From a virus, in the IMG/VR virus record IMGVR_UViG_3300050343_000268, positions 1 through 64,000 of that record: a stretch of 64,000 nucleotides of DNA. The stretch is one strand, 5' to 3'. A program made the translations under genes and the position numbers. Below are positions 43,341 through 51,475 of the stretch, piece after piece (positions within the stretch are counted from its first letter, which is position 1; each line of letters begins with the position of its first letter). Below the pieces are notes generated by a model. It ran no database searches. It saw nothing but the letters and a program-made list of their open reading frames with translations, and was not told the origin of the DNA.

Positions 43341-44428
43341 TTGATGATTAATAATGCAAATAAAGCCTTAGGTTATGCGGAAGTTTATTACAACTATAGA
43401 ACTGAGAAGTTTTTTACAGATGCTGTAGGTAACCAATTTCTAGAACTAGATATTACTTTTGAAGGTGGCGGTGACAGTTCCGGTGTTAGTAGCATCATCG
43501 CAGGTAATGGAATTTCTGTAGATCAGTCATCAGGAGATGTCACAATTACTGCTGATACAGAGTCAAGTACTCTTGATGACGTTACCGGAAGAGGCTCAAC
43601 TACAACCAATGATATTAGCATTGGAAGGCTGACAGCATCTAAAATAGGACTACCTTCTCTCAGTGCACTTCCAACTACTAATTTAAACTTTGGTGATCTT
43701 TGCGCTTTAACTAGCGACAACCGTCCATATTTCTACGATGGGACCGATTGGCGTAAGCTTTATTTAGTTGACGTACCTCCTGCAGCAGGAGATCCCGATA
43801 CTGACTGGGATCAGGTCATTTTGCGACTCACATTCGATACGAACCTTAGTGACGGATCAGATAATGTATATTCAGATAGTCACGATGATGCTTCCGTGCG
43901 TATTGGAAGCCCTAAAAAGTTTGGCACCCATTCGGTAAAATTAGAGGAAAGTAACTCTATTATGCGAACATACCTAATTTTGTTGCTAGTGCATTTACTA
44001 TAGAATTTTGGATATATCTTGATAATCATGTCTCCCAATCTAACCTCACTAAAATTGTAACTTTATTCGATTACGACAGTACAGCGTTTAAGTATTCGGC
44101 AACAAATGGAAGTGATACAGTAACTTTTTTGTTATATGATTCTAATGGCTCAAATACTATACAGAGCGGTGTTACCTTTACTAAACAAACTTGGCATCAC
44201 ATTGCATTTACCAGGAATGCAACTACAGGTGTAATCACCTTTTACCTGAATGGGAATTCACAGGGAACAACAAGTGGTAATGATATCTCTAGCGACAACG
44301 CAAATTGGACAAGGCTCGGAGACTATAATTGGGGTGATTATTTTATGGATGATGTTAGAATCTCTAGTTTTGAGCGCTATACATCAAACTTCACTCCTCC
44401 AACCGCTGCTTTGCCTACTAGCGATTAA
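43341..44428 (+). CDS. LamG/concanavalin-domain virion protein, with an indel near 43970
   Basis: GVSSIIAGNGISV module; FTIEFWIY...WHHIAFTR...MDDVRIS..RYTSNFTPPT. Confidence 0.7.
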
Positions 44429-44526
44429 TCAGAAACCCTAACGTGGTTCTTCTTTAAGTTTCATAATTGTATTGGCTATTATTTATAACTCATATCTACT
44501 AAGATCAAGTTAGTTGATAACATAAT

Positions 44527-44970
44527 ATGTCAAATTTTTCTAGCTGGTTTTCTCGTTGTGCAGGTGACTGGAAATCTTATAGGCGATACCTAACATTACC
44601 ATCGTACAAAGATGATTCATACAACACTGAGTTTACTATTAAAGTCGAAGACGACAAAGTAAATATCAGTTGGAATGGTGAAGTGAGTTCAGGTAATATG
44701 AACCTGACAATTGATGGGGATCTATTGCATCGTGATATTGGTTACTTTACTGATGACCCTAACGACAGCAAACTGACGTTGCTTGATGAAGACACTGTCG
44801 TTTTACACAGCGCATATGACGGTATGGAATTCCGTGAAGAGATTCGCCTGCTTGATGATGACAAGCATCGTCTTCGACAGACAGTTGGATATCGCAAAGG
44901 GAAGCCTTTTTTAGTAGGCCAGTACTGGGAGGAACGTCAAACACCTGTGGAAAAAATTGGCTTTGAATGA
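44527..44970 (+). CDS. CpcS/CpeS-family (S/V-type) phycobiliprotein lyase
   Basis: WF..CAGDWKSYRRY N-terminus and FREEIRLL...RLRQT...GQYWEER C-terminus. Confidence 0.75.
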   Translation: MSNFSSWFSRCAGDWKSYRRYLTLPSYKDDSYNTEFTIKVEDDKVNISWNGEVSSGNMNLTIDGDLLHRDIGYFTDDPNDSKLTLLDEDTVVLHSAYDGMEFREEIRLLDDDKHRLRQTVGYRKGKPFLVGQYWEERQTPVEKIGFE

Positions 44971-45040
44971 TAAGCACAGCTGATTGTTCAAGGCATGATT
45001 ATGGGGTACAGTTAGGCAACAACGCTAATAGCGGAAGGAG

Positions 45041-45058
45041 CGAATCCCTCCCTCTCCG
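45041..45058 (+). mobile_element. Putative attP core matching a tRNA-Ser 3' end
   Basis: CGAATCCCTCCCTCTCCG is a T-loop/T-stem/acceptor 3' half, ~80 bp upstream of the integrase and followed by a terminator. Confidence 0.7.
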
Positions 45059-45070
45059 TTCTCTAGCTTA

Positions 45071-45096
45071 AACCTCACCCAAGGGTGGGGTTTTTT
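45071..45096 (+). terminator. Intrinsic terminator after the att core
   Basis: AACCTCACCC-AA-GGGTGGGGTT plus T-run. Confidence 0.75.
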
Positions 45097-45136
45097 GTTA
45101 GATATGTATTGGCGTTGCTTATAACCCGAATACACA

Positions 45137-45943
45137 ATGAAAGTCTCTCAATTGCTCTTAAGAGTTCGCGATGAACAAGACATTCGCGATTCAACATTTA
45201 AATGCTGGCTTAAAGCAGCTAAGCCTATAGCTGATGTTGAGGTCAACGACATCGACAGGGCTACAGTTACTCGTTATTGGCAGTCTCAGCTCAAGCCAAT
45301 CGGTCCCCTCTCTCCTGAGACACTGCGCCGCCGCCTAAGCCTGCTGACAGGCATCTGGAATATGGGAATAGAAGATGAATTTATTGATGTGCCTAACTAC
45401 TGGAGTAAGGCAAGCAAGAAGATAAAACTAAAAACTGATTACAACCGCTTAGGTAAAGAGTATCTAGTCAGACCCTTTAGTTTCTACGGGAGGTATCAGG
45501 CAGATCCCATCTTCCTAGCCATCTGGTTTCATGGCTTCCGCATCGGTGAAATTGCAGGTCTGTTGCCAAACGAAATACGGTTCGACAATCAGATCCCATA
45601 CTTCAGAATTAGAGATAATAGCCTTAGGAATATCAAGCCCGGTGCTCAGAGAGACCTGCCTATTCATCCTGAGTTCTATCCACATGTCAATCGTCTTAGA
45701 ACTGACTACAGCCAAAACCCAGGCAAGAACTGGAGTCAGATGTTTAGCGAGCGATTGGAGCTACCAAAGGGTGAAGCAGCACACTCACTGCGTCACAACT
45801 TCATTACTCGCTGTAGGTCAGCAGAGCTGCAGGACTCGATGATCTCTAAGATCGTAGGCCACAAAATAAATGGAATGACAGCACGATACGGAACTTGGAC
45901 TTTGGAGGATAAGTTAAAAGCAATTCGTCAAGTAAGGCAGTAG
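45137..45943 (+). CDS. int: Tyrosine recombinase/integrase
   Basis: GFRIGEI (R), IK, HSLRH, VGH, RY catalytic set. Confidence 0.9.
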   Translation: MKVSQLLLRVRDEQDIRDSTFKCWLKAAKPIADVEVNDIDRATVTRYWQSQLKPIGPLSPETLRRRLSLLTGIWNMGIEDEFIDVPNYWSKASKKIKLKTDYNRLGKEYLVRPFSFYGRYQADPIFLAIWFHGFRIGEIAGLLPNEIRFDNQIPYFRIRDNSLRNIKPGAQRDLPIHPEFYPHVNRLRTDYSQNPGKNWSQMFSERLELPKGEAAHSLRHNFITRCRSAELQDSMISKIVGHKINGMTARYGTWTLEDKLKAIRQVRQ

Positions 45944-45960
45944 TTCGATACTTAGTTGCT

Positions 45961-46073
45961 ACGCTAACCACACTACTCTCTATAAACTGCATAAATAAAT
46001 CCCTATAGGGAGGGGATTACGGAATAGGTTTATAGGATTAACCGTAGTTTAGTGTGGTTTGCGTGGTATATAG
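45961..46073 (-). repeat. Dispersed ~115-bp inverted repeat, copy 2
   Basis: Reverse complement aligns to 514-632. Confidence 0.85.
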
Positions 46074-46097
46074 AATAGAAGTAGTTGAAAACATATT

Positions 46098-46486
46098 ATG
46101 GCTATTCTTGAATCAGCAGTATTTTGGATCATCTTGGCGGCAGCTAGTGAAATCATTGCTCTAAGTCCCCTGAAAGACAATTCAATCATTCAGCTTGTAT
46201 TTCATACATTGAAATCACTTAAGCCCGGAAAAAAGATCTAAACATCCCTGACGATGGTCAGTGGATATTTACGTTTGACACTCTAGGTAATGCTGAACGC
46301 TTAAAGCGTCTAATACAAGCACGTAAGTTTTATGCAACGCTTCCTCACAAGCTAGATGCTGCTGAGGAAAAATGGCTTGCGTCTCAACCAACAGACAAAA
46401 CAGTAGAGTTTACAGAAATTACTGATGGAGAAACACCTTTAGGTGGAGAAATGCGTCTGTCATTAAAGACTAAAAACAAGGATTAG
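46098..46486 (+). CDS. Small membrane (holin-like) protein 46098-46241 with -1 frameshift extension to 46486 (not in ORF track)
   Basis: MAILESAVFWIILAAASEIIALSPLKDNSIIQLVF...PGKKI*; A AAA AAG at 46229-46235; -1 frame open for 83 codons. Confidence 0.7.
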
Positions 46487-46540
46487 AAATAATGAATCAA
46501 TGTGTAGTTAGACTTATTTTAGGTTGCTAACAACAACTAC

Positions 46541-46936
46541 ATGGGATACGCAGAAGATTGGGGAGAACTTATGTTCAATCTCCAGTGCCTTTCAAAAGGC
46601 TCCGCCAAGCGACAGTTTAGAGAAGACATTCGTTACAGTTTTGGAGGACTATGTGCTTATTGCCGAATAAGAAGAGCTGACACTCTTGATCACTTGAAAC
46701 CACGCTGCAAAGGTGGAAGTAATTTAAGGTCAAATTTAGTTCCTTGTTGCAGAGAATGCAATCACTCCAAAGGAAGTGAATTATGGCTACCCTGGTATCA
46801 ACGACAGCTTTTTTATAATGCTGTTGCACAAGAGCTTATTGAAGAATGGATTGCTAACAAGCGTATTGACTTAGATGATTATGACGAACGAATTGACAAT
46901 CGAACAGAGGTTTGCCTTACAGCGAGCACGATATGA
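46541..46936 (+). CDS. HNH endonuclease
   Basis: CAYC...TLDHLKPR.KGG....NLVPCCRECNHSK. Confidence 0.9.
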   Translation: MGYAEDWGELMFNLQCLSKGSAKRQFREDIRYSFGGLCAYCRIRRADTLDHLKPRCKGGSNLRSNLVPCCRECNHSKGSELWLPWYQRQLFYNAVAQELIEEWIANKRIDLDDYDERIDNRTEVCLTASTI

Positions 46937-47207
46937 AGTGGCTCGAATGAGTAGAGGTGCACTAGAGAAAACCGCTGTACGGTTGCTCAAGTCACGCATG
47001 GAACAGAAGAATGGAGTTCAAGAGTTGCTAATGGGCAATGGAATCCTATTTAAGGTGCAAGAGCTTCAACAAGGTATGCCTGAAATTATTTCTGAAGATA
47101 CTTTCATCGAGCTATTAAAAATGCAAGATGATATATTACCTGCTGACATCATGGATGAGGGTTGGGAGATTGATGATATTGATGATGACGGTCTCACTAT
47201 GATGTGA
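46875..47207 (+). CDS. nblA: NblA-like phycobilisome degradation adaptor with acidic C-terminal extension
   Basis: ELTIEQRFAL......VARMSRGAL.....L...M......QELL follows the NblA pattern L-S-L-E-Q-x-F...V..MS. Confidence 0.65.
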   Translation: MIMTNELTIEQRFALQRARYEVARMSRGALEKTAVRLLKSRMEQKNGVQELLMGNGILFKVQELQQGMPEIISEDTFIELLKMQDDILPADIMDEGWEIDDIDDDGLTMM

Positions 47208-47241
47208 TTTATATTAGACTAATTTTAGTTTAGATATAAAT

Positions 47242-47469
47242 ATGGAATACATAATCATTGGGCCTATCTTGGCACTTCTTGTGAGCATGAAGTTTACAGA
47301 TTATAAATCCAAAGAAGCGGAAGCTAGACTCACCACTTTGGAAAATAAAATTGAAATTGTAACAAGTGTCTTAGAGCAGTCTGAAGCTGATGCACCTAAG
47401 AAAACCATGATGATTGTCGCTCCTGTCGCTAAGGCAGTAAAAGACCTTCAGTCAGCTATTGGTGTTTGA
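47242..47469 (+). CDS. Small protein with N-terminal membrane anchor and coiled coil
   Basis: YIIIGPILALLVSM followed by a heptad helix. Confidence 0.6.
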   Translation: MEYIIIGPILALLVSMKFTDYKSKEAEARLTTLENKIEIVTSVLEQSEADAPKKTMMIVAPVAKAVKDLQSAIGV

Positions 47470-47642
47470 TGCACTTAACTCAAATCTTTAAGCATTACAG
47501 AGAGCCTCATCAGATAGCTGCAATCAATATGCTTGAGGAAGCTTTACCTGTTGAATTGTTAGAAAGACATGCAGACTGGATAACCTGCTTCTTTGCAGAA
47601 CCTGAGCCAAAAGAACCACTTATAATAGTAGAAAAGCTGTGA
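47469..47642 (+). CDS. 57-aa protein resembling the endolysin N-terminal domain (not in ORF track)
   Basis: IFKHYREPHQIAAINMLEE...ADW vs FFKYYKSEPQQKAGVQVLYE...HAW in 41197-41907. Confidence 0.55.
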   Translation: MHLTQIFKHYREPHQIAAINMLEEALPVELLERHADWITCFFAEPEPKEPLIIVEKL

Positions 47643-47649
47643 AATCATA

Positions 47650-47958
47650 GTGTCTGCTTTTAGGAATGCACCTATCGACCAACGTCGATTAAATATGAGA
47701 GACAGAAGTGACCTGCGTTCTGGTGGCGGCAAAGCTAATGAGGAAAAAGCGCAAAGTTATTTACGTGCTTACAAAGGTCAAATGGACTACGAAGGTAAAC
47801 GTCAAGAACGTACAACAACGCAGACACCAGGAACTGGCGGTATGACGCAGGGATTGAGTATTCAGCAGGACAGACAGCGACAGATCGGTGACGAGAAACG
47901 AAGGGCTAAAGAATTACGGCCAGAGATGGAAGATAACATCTACGACATTTACGATTAA
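47650..47958 (+). CDS. Hypothetical charged protein
   Basis: 102-aa ORF. Confidence 0.55.
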   Translation: MSAFRNAPIDQRRLNMRDRSDLRSGGGKANEEKAQSYLRAYKGQMDYEGKRQERTTTQTPGTGGMTQGLSIQQDRQRQIGDEKRRAKELRPEMEDNIYDIYD

Positions 47959-48755
47959 TAACCAATAAGCTTTTTATAGCTGGCAGGTGATTGCCATCCA
48001 AAATCATCACCGGCCCAATAACGGCCATCTCTGCCACGTTCACCAACGATGTACAGACCTCCGTTATTTAACTCAGCTTTTTGAGACAGATCTTGCAACC
48101 GTTGATCTCTTTGCCGGATCATTGAATCAACGTTTTGTGCTGCTTTAATACGCCGATCGTTATGAGGAACGCTAGGCCGGAAGAAGTCTTTACGGAAGTG
48201 AGTGGCAGCTTGAGGCAAGCTCATGCCATCTGTTTCGCCACTTAATGCGCCAGTAAACCCTGAGAGACTTGCCCCTGGAGCAGGGTCATATTTACCTGCA
48301 TATTCAGCTGCTGCATAAGGCATTTGAAACCCTGCCATGTCGTTAGGATCACCGCCATCTTTAATGTATTCAAGACGGGCTTGATCGTAAGGATCACGTC
48401 GAGCATGAGTGTACTGAGCTACGCCTCGACCTTCACCTGCATTTACTTCAACAACGTCAGTGTTACTCAGTGTTGGATCACCGGTTTCAACAATATAATT
48501 ACCAGTCAATGCAGAGGCAGATGATGTGGACATTGGCATAATGGTCCCATCGGACAGCTCATTCATCTTGTATGTCGTAAATCCATCATGTAGTATTTCA
48601 ACATCTGGTGGAATGTTAGGACGACTTACGTTACTTACAGGTACGGCTTTTTGAGCCATAGGTGTTGGTGGTTCAGGCAGGACTTGCCTCACAGCGTCAC
48701 TGACTTTCCCATAAATGCCTCCGGCAAACCGGTTAAGACTGCCAAGTATATCCAT
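47955..48755 (-). CDS. Second phage tail lysozyme-like protein
   Basis: ASALTGNYIVET...GRGVAQYTHARR...AATHFRKDFFRP...RRIKAA. Confidence 0.65.
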   Translation of the reverse strand: MDILGSLNRFAGGIYGKVSDAVRQVLPEPPTPMAQKAVPVSNVSRPNIPPDVEILHDGFTTYKMNELSDGTIMPMSTSSASALTGNYIVETGDPTLSNTDVVEVNAGEGRGVAQYTHARRDPYDQARLEYIKDGGDPNDMAGFQMPYAAAEYAGKYDPAPGASLSGFTGALSGETDGMSLPQAATHFRKDFFRPSVPHNDRRIKAAQNVDSMIRQRDQRLQDLSQKAELNNGGLYIVGERGRDGRYWAGDDFGWQSPASYKKLIGY

Positions 48756-48811
48756 TTAACTGACATAAATACTACTTCTATTGTATGAAAAAAGTGAAAA
48801 AGGAGCCTGCG

Positions 48812-49120
48812 TTAGCAGGCGTCCATAGCATCAAGTAAATTTTGAGCTAAATATGTGCGGCGATATCCGAAATGTGGAAGCATTAAAAGAAGAAAGTTTT
48901 TAACTTTAGCTTTAGTGCCTAATCTCCAATCCCATATGGGTTTGTGATGAGGAGCAGTAAGTGGACGACGTTTAATTGTTCCGCCAAACATTTCTTCGAA
49001 ACGTTCTAGGATATCTAAGTCTGTCATTTTTATATGAACAGAATAGTCGTGCTTAAGCGGACTAAATTTTCTTATATAGCCTTCACCTTCGAATAGGCCA
49101 GCAGCCCATTCGATTGACAT
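48812..49120 (-). CDS. Single-motif LAGLIDADG-like endonuclease
   Basis: WAAGLFEGEG...IKMTDLDIL..F...FGG. Confidence 0.75.
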   Translation of the reverse strand: MSIEWAAGLFEGEGYIRKFSPLKHDYSVHIKMTDLDILERFEEMFGGTIKRRPLTAPHHKPIWDWRLGTKAKVKNFLLLMLPHFGYRRTYLAQNLLDAMDAC

Positions 49121-49157
49121 TCATAAAGTACATTGGACTTTATAAGTATAAATAGAA

Positions 49158-49179
49158 AGCCCCTTAAATGTGGGGCTTA
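49158..49179. terminator. Terminator-like hairpin
   Basis: AAGCCCC-TTAAATGT-GGGGCTT downstream of the DUF4278-like gene. Confidence 0.6.
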
Positions 49180-49183
49180 AATA

Positions 49184-49366
49184 CTATTTAGTGTATGTAC
49201 GCCCACGGTATACAAAGGTGCCGTGAGTCTCTGCTGGTTCGTGGTGGATTGAATAACGAGTGCCGCGATAAACAGTATCGTTAATTTTGGCAAGCTCAAG
49301 CTCTTTACGAGCACGCGCCATTTTCTTGCGAGCAGATTCAATGCTCATGATTTGAATGTTAGACAT
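49184..49366 (-). CDS. DUF4278-like small protein
   Basis: Two YRG.xY motifs; AGGAG RBS; lies directly downstream of the riboswitch. Confidence 0.7.
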   Translation of the reverse strand: MSNIQIMSIESARKKMARARKELELAKINDTVYRGTRYSIHHEPAETHGTFVYRGRTYTK

Positions 49367-49392
49367 TGGAAACTCCTAATGAGGGGAAATTT

Positions 49393-49452
49393 CCCGTTCC
49401 TTCAGCACTTAACTTGCTTACTTGCGTCTCAACAATATGTTGAGATGAACGT
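49393..49452 (-). ncRNA. glnA-type glutamine riboswitch
   Basis: CGUUCA-UCUCAACA/UGUUGAGA-CGCA-AGUA-AGCA..UGCU-GAA-GGAACG: P1, P2 and E-loop P3; TACACT -10 box at 49459-49464. Confidence 0.8.
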
Positions 49453-49476
49453 ATTACTAGTGTAGCAATTGATCGA

Positions 49477-49731
49477 TTAGCCTGGGAAATCTCTAGGCCT
49501 TTCTTCAATTACATCTTTACCACCCGCTTTGCGAGCAGTTGCTTGAAACGAGGCTCGTTTATACCTATTAGCAAAAACATCAGGTAGCCAATAGGTTTCT
49601 AGCCAGTTTATTTCAGGGCATAGTTCAAAATGTTTCTCAACTGAATGGTTGAAGATTCCAATTTGAATATACCCATCATGAGTTATACAGCGATCCTTTA
49701 CTCTGTATATATACAGTGATTTGTTGGTCAT
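49477..49731 (-). CDS. Hypothetical protein
   Basis: 84-aa ORF in the - strand operon. Confidence 0.5.
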   Translation of the reverse strand: MTNKSLYIYRVKDRCITHDGYIQIGIFNHSVEKHFELCPEINWLETYWLPDVFANRYKRASFQATARKAGGKDVIEERPRDFPG

Positions 49732-49733
49732 TC

Positions 49734-49919
49734 TTACTTTGTGGGTCTATTGAAATCGAATTCAAATACACATCCTTGCAGTGCTGGTTTAATACCCAGC
49801 AAGCATTCTTGATCAAGTTCTCCTTGTCCGGCCCACTTATCTAAAGTAAAGACCACAGCAGAATGAAGCGCTCGTACTGAACGCTCATTCATTGTAAATG
49901 TAATTTCAGTCTCTTCCAT
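49734..49919 (-). CDS. Hypothetical protein
   Basis: Likely start MEETEITF just after the polymerase stop. Confidence 0.45.
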   Translation of the reverse strand: MEETEITFTMNERSVRALHSAVVFTLDKWAGQGELDQECLLGIKPALQGCVFEFDFNRPTK

Positions 49920-49932
49920 AGACTTAATTATA

Positions 49933-51243
49933 TCAATGTGTATCTTGCCAACTTGCTCCAGTATCAGCAGCTGCTGTAATCGGCACACGGAACTTGTAAT
50001 ACTGTCCAGCGATAGGAGCAGCTTTAACAAGTAGTTCTGCTACATGATCAGCTTCAGTTGGTACAACAGAGAGTTGAACTTCATCGTGTACGTAGGCGCA
50101 ACGGGTGTAGTCACGGTTGTAGGTAAGCCCTGCTTGGTTAAGCAAGTCTTGCCCAACTACCACCCAACGCTTGCTGAGTATGGCTCCACATGACTGGAGT
50201 AAATAGTTGAGTGACGCATGCTCTGCGCGACAGAAAATAGGGCGGCCATCGAGGCCCCTAAGACGACCGGTATCACGGACTTTTTGTTTAACAGCATCGA
50301 TAAGTGGCTCCAAACCAGGAATGGCGTCAAGGAATTTGCGTCGCAGCTCTTGACCTAGCTGCTTCTTCTGTGGGTCGGACAGCTCAGGGCTGAGGCTGTG
50401 CCCCATCTTCACGTCACCAGCGCCATAGATAAACGCATAGGTGAGCGTCTTGACTTCCTTACGTGTGCAACCCACACGGTCTGCGTTCTGCTGATGAATA
50501 TCACCGTTAAGGACAACGTCAGCAAAGGCCCCCTCATCAAAGACAGATAGGTAGTGCCCCAACGCCCGAAGTTCCAGGCCTTCCAAGTCAGCCCCGACCA
50601 TGACGTGGCCAGGGTGCGGAATAAACAGCTGCCGCGCCCACGGTGCAGATACAACTTGGCCCAGGTTGGGACCACGGTGTGCGTTCCTCCCGGTCTGCGT
50701 AGCGAGGCTGCAGCTGTGATGGATGCAGTTGTCATGCTCAATAGTGTTGAACCAGGAGTTAGCACCTTCAGACAGCTGCCCTAGCCACTTCTGCAGATGT
50801 GAATAGACGTATGAACATCTCGCACTCTTCATGCAGCAGTTCGTTCTTTTGCTGCAGTGCAAGGTCACGGATCTCAGCTAGGCAAGCTTCATCAACCTTG
50901 AGGCTTACCGCTAGGTCGGTGAGCCGTGTAAAGCGAGCACCACGGAAGGTGCTGTAGCGCCCATGACAATGTTCAGTCTGCTAGTGGGATTGAAATCAAG
51001 CAGCTTAGTGAAAGGTGCACCAGCTACATAGCCCTTTAGCTTTGTTCTGTCTCTTAGGCGTAAAGACTTTGCCTGGCACATAAGGGAAGCGCTTAAGATA
51101 ATTGCTGCTTCTAGGTCCTGCATCTCAGCAGAGAGTTCGTTGCGTACACGTTCTGCAGCTTGTACATCAAAGCGGAAGCCTGATGCTTCTTGCTGAGACA
51201 TGATCTCAGCCATACGCATTTCAAGATGTACACAATCAAGCAT
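49933..51243 (-). CDS. polA: DNA polymerase family A, polymerase domain only, with indels at ~50800-51100
   Basis: Motif A DLEGLELR, motif B RKEVKTLTYAFIYG, motif C VHDE; starts at LEMRMAEIMSQQEASGFRFD. Confidence 0.92.
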
Positions 51244-51475
51244 TGTCAGGTTTCTCCTTATTGAATCCGAATTTTTCAGTCACTTCTTTTTCGCGTTCGT
51301 CTGCTCGCTTCTTCTGTGCAAGCTTCGCTACATTCTCCATGATCTTGAGAGAATCTTCAACTGTTGTTTCATCAGGCATAACAGCACGTACTACTGAAAA
51401 GAGTTCATAAAACTCTTTAGCAGCAACTTGCATCTCTTTTTTAGTTAATGGATCAGTTTTCTTAGGCATAATCAT
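51236..51475 (-). CDS. Small helical protein between the exonuclease and polymerase genes
   Basis: Overlaps both neighbours by short start/stop overlaps. Confidence 0.6.
   Translation of the reverse strand: MIMPKKTDPLTKKEMQVAAKEFYELFSVVRAVMPDETTVEDSLKIMENVAKLAQKKRADEREKEVTEKFGFNKEKPDNA

Noticed and set aside
45000-45060. Intact tRNA gene
   Set aside because: Only the 3' T-arm/acceptor half is present; no D or anticodon arm.
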